Assembly (NCBI GenBank): GCA_965218095.1 | Contig: OZ244587.1 | Coordinates: 1,856,001-1,920,000 of the forward strand | Direction: 5' to 3' | DNA: 64,000 bases | DNA from: Candidatus Poribacteria bacterium | Lineage (GTDB): Bacteria; Poribacteria; WGA-4E; PCPOR2b | In this document: positions 41,112 through 50,660 of the stretch, piece by piece | How positions within the stretch are numbered: the first letter of the stretch is position 1 | How the letters are laid out: the number at the start of each line of letters is the position of its first letter | Translations under genes and position numbers: made by a program | The notes under the pieces: model-generated | Database searches by the model: none | The model's input: only the letters and a program-made list of their open reading frames with translations | Told to the model about the DNA's origin: nothing

Positions 41112-42546
41112 CCGTTGGCATCAGATCTGGGTTGGGAGCGTGGTACTCTGGCTGATGTGCGTTTTCATTGCTTCGGCTTCCTTTCGCCCTGAGATTGGTA
41201 CCAGAGCACTCGGTATGAGCGGGGCGTTTATCGGCAATGCGGATGATCCGACGGGGACGCTCTGGAATCCGGCGGGACTTGCAAGCCTTCAAACGGGTAG
41301 TTTGGTTTATGACCTTTCTCAAGGCGCATTTTCGTTCGGGTATCCCATCCACCGCGTCGGAACACTCGGCTTTAGCGCCTTAGATCTGAATGGTGAAGAT
41401 CGGTTTTTCTACGACCATCCGAACAATCCGGTCGGAACATTCGAGCGAGGATCTAATCAAGTCATCCTGTCTTATGCGCGGCCGATTGGCAGGGGGTTAC
41501 AGGTTGGCGGGAATCTTGGATATAGTCGCGCCCCGAACACCGGCAGCCGATGGAAACCAAGTTACGATCTGGGCGTCATTGTGAAGATGCCCCCGCGCTT
41601 AACCCTGGGGGCAAGGCTGAGAGACATTTCCGGGGTTGCCATCCCAGATGGAAACGGCAAAATTCTGAGGCAGTTCGATCAACAATTCGCCCTGGGAGCA
41701 ACGTGGAAGCCGGTTCGACCCCTTCAGTTGAGCGGCACATTGGACACAGCGTTGTGGCAATTCAAGGCAGGCGTGGAAGTTGGAGCCTACGGGCTTTCGC
41801 TTCGGTCGGGTGCGGCAATCGACCTCAGAGCGCCTGATCAAGCACCAAATTGGAGTTTGGGATTTTCGGTCAATTTACGCGGCAAACACCTCCACTACGC
41901 CTATTTGAACAACCCTGATTTGGAATATAGACATTTCCTTGCTCTCGGTTTTACATTTGGCTCACTCACACCCTCTCTAACTCCTCCTTCTGAAGTCGGA
42001 GAACCACTCCGCAACCTGCAATTGGAACAATCGCCAACCGATGATGGGAAGGACGCTGCTTCCCCAACCGAGCAGATTGCCAATCGGTATAGCCTTGAGG
42101 TTGAATTGATCCTCGCCATGATCAAAACGGAATCAAGTTTCAATCCCAAGGCGATCTCGAGCAGCGGCGCGGTTGGGCTGACGCAACTGATGCCACCAAC
42201 CGCACAAGACCTTGGGCTAAAGGTTCCAACCTATCGAAACATACGCAAGCCACAGCCAAATTCAGCGGTAGATGAACGCTTCGATCCCCGCAAAAACCTG
42301 GAAGCGGGGGTCAGGTATCTGAGTCTCATGTTGAAAAAGTACGATGGAAATTATGTTCTGGCGCTCGCAGCTTATAATGCCGGTCCGGCAAATGTGCGAA
42401 AAAATGTCCCGTTAATCCGCGAAACCGAACGACACGTTGGCAAAGTCCTCAACTACTATTACCAGTACAAAGCAGGTCTACAACTGAAAGATGCCGCCCT
42501 CCAGAAACTGGATGCGGTTCTCGCAGGGGCCCACCCCGATTTTTGA
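41002..42546 (+). CDS. PorV/FadL-like outer-membrane barrel fused to a lytic transglycosylase (SLT); true start probably further downstream
   Basis: GTRALGMSGAF..ADDP...WNPAGL; C-terminal MIKTESSF, GLTQLMP, AYNAG. Confidence 0.82.
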   Translation: MSVYLGGVAMQQDPICTLKFDGKVKASIPLTTSGCRSRWHQIWVGSVVLWLMCVFIASASFRPEIGTRALGMSGAFIGNADDPTGTLWNPAGLASLQTGSLVYDLSQGAFSFGYPIHRVGTLGFSALDLNGEDRFFYDHPNNPVGTFERGSNQVILSYARPIGRGLQVGGNLGYSRAPNTGSRWKPSYDLGVIVKMPPRLTLGARLRDISGVAIPDGNGKILRQFDQQFALGATWKPVRPLQLSGTLDTALWQFKAGVEVGAYGLSLRSGAAIDLRAPDQAPNWSLGFSVNLRGKHLHYAYLNNPDLEYRHFLALGFTFGSLTPSLTPPSEVGEPLRNLQLEQSPTDDGKDAASPTEQIANRYSLEVELILAMIKTESSFNPKAISSSGAVGLTQLMPPTAQDLGLKVPTYRNIRKPQPNSAVDERFDPRKNLEAGVRYLSLMLKKYDGNYVLALAAYNAGPANVRKNVPLIRETERHVGKVLNYYYQYKAGLQLKDAALQKLDAVLAGAHPDF

Positions 42547-42701
42547 TCGGTGTCCCTCCGGGTTCCGAATCCACGCTTTACGCTTTCCCTCCTCCCCAAT
42601 CTATCAATCCTGCCCAAAAAAGACCCAAATCTCAGTAGTAGCCTTACAAAAGTCCTCATCTTTGCTAAACTCGCAGCAGATAAGTACGTCTAATGAGCGT
42701 T

Positions 42702-42866
42702 CTAGGTTCTGTTGACATTTGACGGATTGAATCAATCTCCGTTCCGAGAGTCTTCGACCTGATGTACCTTGAGGCAATTTCGGACAACTGTTTTGGTTTT
42801 TGGCGGGTCGCACGATGATTACAGCGTTTGCCGAATTCGCGACAGCGAAATGTCAACAGAACCTAA
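42702..42866. mobile_element. MITE with the resident IS5 TIRs and an unrelated interior
   Basis: CTAGGTTCTGTTGACATTT ... AAATGTCAACAGAACCTAA. Confidence 0.88.
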
Positions 42867-42931
42867 TGAAAGCGCTTCATTGGTGAGGGCCCCAACGCCT
42901 ATCCGCCCGCATTAGAAAGGAGTGATTTCAG

Positions 42932-44674
42932 ATCCGCAGTTTATTAAGCCTTAGGAAGTACGTTGTCCGCTACCGATTCGCGGTTATTGCGAGTTTTTTC
43001 TTTGTGCTTGCGACAAATGGTGTCATTGTGATCAGTCCTAAGCTCCTGAAGTGGGTCATCGATGATTTGACGCGAACGATAACCCCGCGAAAGGTTTTCT
43101 TTTACGCCCTTCTTATTTTCGGCGTTGCCATTGTTGGCGGTGTGCTTCGATTTGGTCAGCGACAGGTTATCCAGAGCGCGGCGAGGCGGATTGAGTACCA
43201 CCTGCGGAACGACTTTTTCACGCACCTGCAAAAACTGTCCGCCGCCTACTATAACGATGTCCGTACCGGCGACCTCATGGCGCGAGCGACAAGCGACATG
43301 AACGCTGTCCGTATGGTTCTCAGCAGCGCAATCTCGTACACCGCAGATGCCATCGTCTTTTTTGCGCTGGCGCTGATCATCATGCTGCACATCGACGTGA
43401 CGTTGACGCTTTTCGCGCTGTTACCGTATCCAATCCTCGCGATCTTGATTCGAGAGCTTGGCAAGCGTGTCCACAAACATTACGAACGCATCCAGGAAGC
43501 CTTTTCCACAATGAATACTAAAGTGCAAGAGAACCTGTCTGGCGTGCGTGTTGTCAAAGCCTACACGCTTGAGGAGAGCGAGGTGGACGATTTTGAGAGA
43601 CTCAACCAGAACTTTGTAGAACGCAACCGCGCCCAGGTCCGGCTCATGACCTTCTTCTTTCCGCTGTTTCGATTTTTGCCGGGGCTCGGCGTCGTTGTTC
43701 TCCTGTGGCTCGGCGGCGCCCGCGTGATTGAGGGAAAGATCACGTTGGGTGACTTTGTGTCTTTCAACGCCTATTTGATGATGCTCATCCGTCCGATGAT
43801 TACGTTTGGATTCGTTGTCAATTCCTTTGAACGCGGCGCGGCTTCGATGGAACGAATTAACAAGATTCTCGACGTACAGCCGGAGATCTCCGATGGCGAA
43901 ACCGCACGCCATGACATCGAAACGATTCATGGCGAAATCGAATTCAGAAACCTCAACTTTGCTTATCCGGAAGGTACACCGGTGCTCAGGAATATTGACC
44001 TCAAGATCGAACGTGGGGCGACAGTTGCAATTGTCGGCGGGACGGGCTCTGGTAAAACGACCCTGGTCAACCACCTCCCTCGCATTCGCCAAACCGAGCG
44101 TGGGATGGTTTTCATTGATGGCGTCGATATCCAGGACATCCTCCTGCAAATCCTCAGATCCAATATCGGTTTTGTTGAGCAGGAGCCGTTTCTCTTTTCC
44201 GATTTCCTGCGAAGCAACATCACTTACGGCGTCGAAGAGGCAGGTGAAGTCGAGATCAAGGAGATGGCGCACACTTCCGATCTGCTAGCGCAGATCGAGG
44301 AGTTTCCTGATGGATTAGACACCTTCTTAGGTGAGCGAGGGGTCACAATCTCCGGTGGACAGAAGCAGCGGACGGCGTTGGCGCGCGCCATTATGGTCCG
44401 TCCGAAGATCCTCATCTTGGACGACGCTTTTGCTAGTGTGGACACCCATACGGAGGACACCATCCTCACACGCCTGAAGGAGATTATGGAAGACCGTACG
44501 ACTATCTTGATTTCCCATCGAATCTCGACCGTCAAATCAGCGGATCTGATCGTCGTTCTGGAAGATGGGGGGATCGTCGAGCGCGGCACGCATGAAGAGC
44601 TACTTGCGCACGACGGCATTTACGCACACATCTACAAGAAACAGTTGTTGCAAGAAGAGCTTGAGAAACTCTAA
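42932..44674 (+). CDS. ABC exporter half-transporter (YheI/MdlA-like)
   Basis: TMD, GGTGSGKT, ISGGQKQR, ILDD (degenerate site); frame open back to ATC 42932 after AAAGGAG. Confidence 0.92.
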   Translation: MRSLLSLRKYVVRYRFAVIASFFFVLATNGVIVISPKLLKWVIDDLTRTITPRKVFFYALLIFGVAIVGGVLRFGQRQVIQSAARRIEYHLRNDFFTHLQKLSAAYYNDVRTGDLMARATSDMNAVRMVLSSAISYTADAIVFFALALIIMLHIDVTLTLFALLPYPILAILIRELGKRVHKHYERIQEAFSTMNTKVQENLSGVRVVKAYTLEESEVDDFERLNQNFVERNRAQVRLMTFFFPLFRFLPGLGVVVLLWLGGARVIEGKITLGDFVSFNAYLMMLIRPMITFGFVVNSFERGAASMERINKILDVQPEISDGETARHDIETIHGEIEFRNLNFAYPEGTPVLRNIDLKIERGATVAIVGGTGSGKTTLVNHLPRIRQTERGMVFIDGVDIQDILLQILRSNIGFVEQEPFLFSDFLRSNITYGVEEAGEVEIKEMAHTSDLLAQIEEFPDGLDTFLGERGVTISGGQKQRTALARAIMVRPKILILDDAFASVDTHTEDTILTRLKEIMEDRTTILISHRISTVKSADLIVVLEDGGIVERGTHEELLAHDGIYAHIYKKQLLQEELEKL

Positions 44675-44692
44675 CACCAGGAGGTTTCATGA

Positions 44693-46495
44693 ATGTTTGG
44701 TAGTGGTGGCGGTGGCGGTAGTCGTCTCTACGACTATAGCGAAGAGGAACAAGACCTTGGTAAAGTTTACGACCGCGTGTTGATGAAGCGCCTGATTGCT
44801 TATCTGAAACCATATCGCCTTGAAGTTGTACTCATCGTGTTTCTGATGATCGGCAACACGCTGTCTGAGGTGATACTGCCACTTTTGATTCAGCGCGGCA
44901 TTGACCACTATATTCGACCAGGGATGCTGGTGGGACTGGAAACGATTGCGACTTATTATGTCCTTGCCCTGATGGCGAAATTCATATTCAGCTATTTTGA
45001 AGAGTACCGAATGCAGATGGTGGGGCAGAAGGTCATGTATGATCTGCGCATGAAACTCTTTTCGCATCTGCAACGGCTGGATGTCGGTTTCTTTGATCGC
45101 AATCCGGTTGGACGGCTGATGACCCGCGTGATGGGCGACGTCCAGATACTCAATGAGTTATTCACGTCAGGAATTGTCACGGTCTTTGCAAACCTGTTGA
45201 GCATCCTCGGCATCGTCGCAATGCTGCTATATTTGAATTGGAAGTTGGCGCTCGTGACCTTTACAGTGGTACCAATCATCTTCGCGGCGACGACCGTTTA
45301 TCAAGTCTACTCCCGCCGCGCCTTCCGCGATCAACGAAAATATCTCGCGCAGATCAACGCCTTTCTGAACGAAAGTATCGTCGGCATGACCACGATGCAG
45401 TTATTCACGCAGGAACCGCGTAGCTTCTTGAAGTTCGACGAGAAGAACCAACAATACCTCGGCGCGAATCTGCGCAGCATCTTCTACTTCTCGCTCTTCT
45501 CCCCGATGATTGAGGTCTGCGGTTCGCTCGCCCTGGCGGTTATCATCTGGTATGGCGGCGGGCAGATTCTACAAGACACCATAACCTTAGGTACGCTGGT
45601 CGCTTTTATTCAATACAGTCAACGCTTCTTCTGGCCCATTCGGGAGCTCAGCGAGAAGTACACAATCTTCCAGAACGCGATGGCGTCGTCTGAACGGATT
45701 TTTGACCTGATGGATACACAGCCGACAATTGTGACCCCGCCTCCGTCCAAGTTGAACGGCGAAATTGAGTTCCGCAATGTCTGGTTCGCTTACAACGCCG
45801 AGTATTATGTCCTGCGCGATGTCTCCTTCAAGGTGAAGGCGGGCGAAAAGGTCGCGATTGTGGGTCACACAGGGGCGGGCAAAACATCGATCATCAACCT
45901 GCTGTGTCGATTCTACGAAGTAAACGAGGGACAAATTCTGATTGATGGCACGGATCTTCGAAGAATGGAGTTGCAAGACCTCCGGCGTGCTATCAACATT
46001 GTGCAGCAGAATATCTTCCTGTTTTCCGGGACAATCGAGAAGAATATTAATCTGGACAATCCGGAGATTTCAAAGGAGGATACGATTGCCGCCGCAAAAG
46101 AGGTGCATCTGGATGGATTCGTTCAGAAGATGCCGGACGGCTACGCGACTGAAGTCAAAGAGGGCGGGGCGGGATTGTCCGTTGGTCAGAAGCAGCTTGT
46201 CGCTTTTGCGCGTGCGCTGGCTTCAGACCCTGAGATTCTCATCCTCGACGAAGCGACTTCCAGTGTGGACACCGAAACCGAACTCCTCATCCAGGACGCG
46301 CTCAGTCGCCTGATGGCAAATCGCACGTCGATTGTGATTGCGCACCGGCTGTCAACCATTCAGAACGCCGACAAAATCATCGTCATGCACCGGGGCGAGA
46401 TTCGAGAGATGGGGACGCATAACGAACTGCTTCAGGAGCGGGGCATCTATTATCGGCTGTATCAGCTTCAGTACAAGGGGCAGGAGGTTGGTTGA
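44693..46495 (+). CDS. ABC exporter half-transporter (YheH/MdlB-like)
   Basis: TMD, GHTGAGKT, LSVGQKQ, ILDEATS. Confidence 0.93.
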   Translation: MFGSGGGGGSRLYDYSEEEQDLGKVYDRVLMKRLIAYLKPYRLEVVLIVFLMIGNTLSEVILPLLIQRGIDHYIRPGMLVGLETIATYYVLALMAKFIFSYFEEYRMQMVGQKVMYDLRMKLFSHLQRLDVGFFDRNPVGRLMTRVMGDVQILNELFTSGIVTVFANLLSILGIVAMLLYLNWKLALVTFTVVPIIFAATTVYQVYSRRAFRDQRKYLAQINAFLNESIVGMTTMQLFTQEPRSFLKFDEKNQQYLGANLRSIFYFSLFSPMIEVCGSLALAVIIWYGGGQILQDTITLGTLVAFIQYSQRFFWPIRELSEKYTIFQNAMASSERIFDLMDTQPTIVTPPPSKLNGEIEFRNVWFAYNAEYYVLRDVSFKVKAGEKVAIVGHTGAGKTSIINLLCRFYEVNEGQILIDGTDLRRMELQDLRRAINIVQQNIFLFSGTIEKNINLDNPEISKEDTIAAAKEVHLDGFVQKMPDGYATEVKEGGAGLSVGQKQLVAFARALASDPEILILDEATSSVDTETELLIQDALSRLMANRTSIVIAHRLSTIQNADKIIVMHRGEIREMGTHNELLQERGIYYRLYQLQYKGQEVG

Positions 46496-46590
46496 CAAGG
46501 CGGCTCCGGCACGATATAGGTATTCCGAGCGCCCATATTAAACAATGTCCGGCAGTCTCGTCCATTGATCTTTTGACGTATTCTTCCCAT
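46468..46590 (-). pseudogene. N-terminal fragment of a retropepsin-like aspartic protease
   Basis: GGAGG RBS and MGRIRQK..TLFNMGARNTY (degenerate LFDTGA); truncated. Confidence 0.45.
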
Positions 46591-46743
46591 TTTTACCTCC
46601 CTGATATGATGGTACTGCTGCGTGAAATAAATTCCTGACAACAAGAAACCATCGAGCATAAAACGCCGATTCTACAAGGGTTTGAAGCCCATTCACCAAA
46701 ACTTAATTCACACAACAGTATGCATCGTACACACTAAAATACT

Positions 46744-46917
46744 GCGCTGCAACCGTATCGGTCCCGGATTTGATGGCACAGAGAACGAACGAGGCGCACA
46801 TCAGTCACCGGCATGTCGCCGATCGACTGGATGCACCGGTTGGGCGGGATCGCTGCCTGAACCGACCTGCTGAACGAAGCGAACCGCAGGCACTGCTCGA
46901 CCCTCCTGGCAGCCTCT
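46744..46917. ncRNA. Structured RNA candidate (possible 6S RNA)
   Basis: About 175-nt GC-rich intergenic block with complementary ends (GCTGC/GCAGC, GGTC/GACC) and a central hairpin. Confidence 0.35.
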
Positions 46918-46951
46918 ACCACAACTGTACCTAGCGCAATTTCCGCAATAA

Positions 46952-47992
46952 TTATTCACCCGTCATCCGCTGTAAGTCTACCTCAAGACTCTTAATTATG
47001 GCAAGGGTGCCCGGGTCTGGCTCAAGCTGGTATGCTTTTTTATACGCTTCGAGGGCAGCTTCCGGGTCTTGCAGGAAGGCGTGATGAATCTGTCCGATCC
47101 ACTGGTAGGCATCAATTTCAGTTGGATCTAGCGCCACGATTTTCTCATAAACCGCAAGCGCCTCGTCGTAAGCACGTTCCTCCCCGCCACGCCGGAGTAC
47201 AGCCGCTCTTCCGTAGAGCAGTCCAATAAGTTCCCCTTTGGCTTCTGTGAAGTCCGGATCGCGCCTGACCACCTCCTCAAGAACTGCGATCCCTTTATCT
47301 TCCAGCCCGGCAAGCTGTGCTTGCTCCTCGTCTGTGAGTTCCCGATCAATGAACTGGTAACCCTGAAGGAGACTGCGGTAAGTTCGTGATAATTGCAGTC
47401 GAGCTTGCAGACCGGTGGGCGCGGATTCAAACGGCAAGTTAATCAAGTCCGGATCATTTTCGACCGCCTTCTCGTAGTAAACAATCGCTTGCTCATATTG
47501 CTTGGTTCCTTGGTATAATACGCCTAATGAGTAATGCGCCTCTGCATGCATTGGGTCTTCCTCTACTACCTTCAAGAACTCTTTCACAGCCAACACTTGT
47601 TCACCCTTGTCACGCAGCAGTTTTCCGCGAAGTAAGTGGACATCAGCGTGATCAGGATTAATTTTTGCAGCACGTTCGAGGTGCGTTTCTGCGTCCTCTG
47701 CCCAGTTGCTGTGGAAGTAGATTTCCGAAACTCGCAGGCGTGCGTGCAGCAGCGACTCAGGCTTGATGCTGTGGGCGTCAGCTTCAAAAGCCTGGATTGC
47801 TCGCCAGTATTCAATCAGGGCTTTTGGTAGGTCCTGTTTTGCAAAGTCTTTATCCCCCTGTTCGATAAAGGCTTGCGCCTGTGACGAAGGCGGTAAAGTT
47901 GCCTCTACTCCGCCCCTTCTCGTGTTCAGAAATATCAGAGCGATGAGTAAAACCAGAATGACCGCTTCAAAATAAGGTAGCCATTTACGCAT
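46952..47992 (-). CDS. Membrane-anchored TPR protein
   Basis: N-terminal TM; repeated AHYSLG..Y / A..YEKA..DP TPR motifs. Confidence 0.88.
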   Translation of the reverse strand: MRKWLPYFEAVILVLLIALIFLNTRRGGVEATLPPSSQAQAFIEQGDKDFAKQDLPKALIEYWRAIQAFEADAHSIKPESLLHARLRVSEIYFHSNWAEDAETHLERAAKINPDHADVHLLRGKLLRDKGEQVLAVKEFLKVVEEDPMHAEAHYSLGVLYQGTKQYEQAIVYYEKAVENDPDLINLPFESAPTGLQARLQLSRTYRSLLQGYQFIDRELTDEEQAQLAGLEDKGIAVLEEVVRRDPDFTEAKGELIGLLYGRAAVLRRGGEERAYDEALAVYEKIVALDPTEIDAYQWIGQIHHAFLQDPEAALEAYKKAYQLEPDPGTLAIIKSLEVDLQRMTGE

Positions 47993-48028
47993 GTTTGATC
48001 ACTCCTCATTCATGGAGATTTCTCTGTT

Positions 48029-49906
48029 TCAATTAATCTTCTCCACGCGCGCCAAAAACTCCTTCGGCTCAACGAGCTTTTCGAGTCTTTTCTCCTTCAA
48101 CTGGTTCCCTTTAGAATCAAAGAAAAGAACGACGGGTAAGCCGACAATATTGTACTTTTGCTTCAGCCGTTCAACCTCATCTGAATTCCTGGTGAAGTCC
48201 AGCTTGACGTTTACAAATTTCGACAACTTTGATTTCACGGCTGGATGGGAATAGGTGTGTTCTAGTTCGTTGCAAGCCGCGCACCATGTCGCGTAGAAAT
48301 CGAGCATGACAGGTTTGCCTTCCCTTCGCCCAATCTCAAGGCCCTGTGCCTCGTCAGCGATCCAGACCAGGTCGCTCTCCACCATCGTGAATCCCCCAAC
48401 GAACATATAAATCCCAACGACCACCAATAAAACGCCAAACGCTTTGCGGAGTTGCACCGGAAGGGACAGGTCTTTGAATCGCCGGGAAAATTTGCCCAGT
48501 AAAACGCCAGCCAGCACGAACACACCTGCGATAGCGAAAAAACCGACGGAATTCTTGAGGAACGCACCTAATGGTGGGATAACCTCTTTGAGGAAATACA
48601 GCGCCACCGCGATGATTGCGACGCCAAATATGTTTTCTAAGATATACATCCAGCCCCCAGATCCCGGCAACGATGAAATGACGCCTGAAAAAGTGCCGAT
48701 CAGGATGAAGAGCAATCCCATGCCAAGTGCGTAAGTCAAAAGCAGCCAGAATCCAAGAAAGATGCTGCTTGTTGTGGCGACATAAGAAAGGACTGCGCCC
48801 AGCGCCGGTCCCGTGCAAGGTGCTGCGATGATGCCGGCAACAGTACCCATCGCAAACGCGCCAGCGAACCCGGCACCGCCGACGGTATTAAGCCTGTTCT
48901 GCACCGCGTAAGGTACACGGAGCTCAAACACGCCAAGCATAGAAACCCCAAGTGCAATCAAAATACCGCAAACAGGAATCATCACCCTTGGGTCTGCCAT
49001 TATTTGTCCAAAGACTGCACCCGTAGATGCGACAGCAATACCCAAGATTGAGTATGTCAGCGCAATACCCAATACATAAGTGACAGATAAAGAAAAAGAC
49101 TTCAAGCGGCTTGTTGACTCACCCGCACCGAAGACTGAAACCGTGATAGGAATCAACGGGTAAACACACGGCGTGAAACTCGTTAAAATTCCGCCCACAA
49201 AAACAAAGAGGAATGCCCAGAAGTAACCTTTCGATAACGCTTGGGAGAACTTCCCGGTTTCGCTTGTGGCAGGAGTGGAATCCGCTGGGAGGCTGAATCG
49301 AATGCTCGCAAAGATCGCGTCGTTCGTTGGTTGAATCGGTTGGTCCAACCCAACAATTTCAATCGGAACATCTACATCGATTGTCTTCGGCAATAAACAC
49401 ACTTCGTCGCTACACGCCTGATACGTCAACTGGAGGGGCAGCGTTATCTGCCCCAACGGGGTTGAGTTGCGTAGCGTTGCTTGAACGCCGATAACAGCTT
49501 GATCGTGATACACAGGGACTTTCCCACCAAGCGAGGCAATTTCAAGGACCTCCGCCTCTGGATACACAACTTCACTGAATGTCAGATCAGGAGTATCAGG
49601 CAGGATCACTTCCGTGGGGATTAAGTTTTCCCCGGCGGGATTCGCATTGGCGTGCCAGTCGGGTGCAAACTTCATCAAGATAGCAATCTGAAATGTGCTG
49701 CCGGGCTGCACTTTATTTACCGACAATACCCCGTGCGCTGTGACAATCTCGGCTGGCTCGGCACCTTTCTTAATCAGTCCGAAACTTGATAACTGTCCCA
49801 ATGCGGTCAGGGGTATGCCGATGTTTAGCGCACAAATAAGGCATAACAAAAAGTAGGCGCGGAAAACTGATTTTCTAATCATGTGTAAAACTTCTCCGGA
49901 TGTCAA
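48029..49906 (-). CDS. dsbD: Protein-disulfide reductase DsbD family
   Basis: N-domain CSDEVC, TM TPCVYP and APC, thioredoxin WCAAC. Confidence 0.9.
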   Translation of the reverse strand: MTSGEVLHMIRKSVFRAYFLLCLICALNIGIPLTALGQLSSFGLIKKGAEPAEIVTAHGVLSVNKVQPGSTFQIAILMKFAPDWHANANPAGENLIPTEVILPDTPDLTFSEVVYPEAEVLEIASLGGKVPVYHDQAVIGVQATLRNSTPLGQITLPLQLTYQACSDEVCLLPKTIDVDVPIEIVGLDQPIQPTNDAIFASIRFSLPADSTPATSETGKFSQALSKGYFWAFLFVFVGGILTSFTPCVYPLIPITVSVFGAGESTSRLKSFSLSVTYVLGIALTYSILGIAVASTGAVFGQIMADPRVMIPVCGILIALGVSMLGVFELRVPYAVQNRLNTVGGAGFAGAFAMGTVAGIIAAPCTGPALGAVLSYVATTSSIFLGFWLLLTYALGMGLLFILIGTFSGVISSLPGSGGWMYILENIFGVAIIAVALYFLKEVIPPLGAFLKNSVGFFAIAGVFVLAGVLLGKFSRRFKDLSLPVQLRKAFGVLLVVVGIYMFVGGFTMVESDLVWIADEAQGLEIGRREGKPVMLDFYATWCAACNELEHTYSHPAVKSKLSKFVNVKLDFTRNSDEVERLKQKYNIVGLPVVLFFDSKGNQLKEKRLEKLVEPKEFLARVEKIN

Positions 49907-49955
49907 AAACCTTTGAAAGGTTCACGCCCACTCAAAGGCCTCTGACAGGTGAGAC

Positions 49956-50396
49956 TTATTTTTTCAACGACTTATTAATCTCTGCACTCATTTCCTTTAA
50001 CGTCTGCTTGCTCGTCAGGCGAGCTGATATATTCCGCTTCTCACTACCCAGCAGTAAAATGAAGCCTGTTCCCTGATTTGCTTTGTAGGCTTCACCCATT
50101 CCGAGTGCTGAGGCAAGCAATTCCGACTGATAGTGAGTGGTTCGATTCGTGAAATCTAGGGTGACAAAGAGTACAGGCTTTCCATCGAACTTGTTTTGCA
50201 AATCGGTGAAGATGGCACCCATCTTTTTGCAAAAGCCTCACCAATCTGCGTGAAACTTTACGGCGATTATCTTTGGGGCAGCAGGTTCCTTGGCTGACTC
50301 CTCGCCAGACAAACCGATGGTCGTTACAATCAAGATGGTCGTTGCCATGATGGACAGGGCAACCAAAATCCATCGAAACTGAATGAGATGTTTCAT
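49956..50396 (-). CDS. Exported thioredoxin-like selenoprotein (UxxC), TGA at 50238-50240 read as Sec
   Basis: AAGGAG RBS, hydrophobic N-terminus, VKFHADW-TGA-GFC in frame with ORF 49956-50222; hairpin right after TGA. Confidence 0.8.
50194..50234 (-). promoter_or_regulatory. Putative bacterial SECIS element
   Basis: UUUUGCAAA-AAGAUGG-GUG-CCAUCUU-CACCGA-UUUGCAAAA starting 3 nt after UGA. Confidence 0.7.
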
Positions 50397-50660
50397 GGTG
50401 TTTCTCCTTTCGGTGTTTACGGTTTTGAGTTGTTTGTCTAGGACGCGCGAACTTCTTCTGTCCGTCAACGACAGTATTCGCGATTACAATGCCCGGAATT
50501 ATTTCAGGGACAGTCATCATTTAGAAGGCTGTAACTTTGTTACAAGAAGAGAGCAACGGGACAGGAGAAAAGAAAGAAAATCAATTGCGGATTGCGGGCA
50601 CCCTATTTGCTAGAGGCATCCACAATCCGCGCATGTATTACGTAACATCACGTTTCACAC

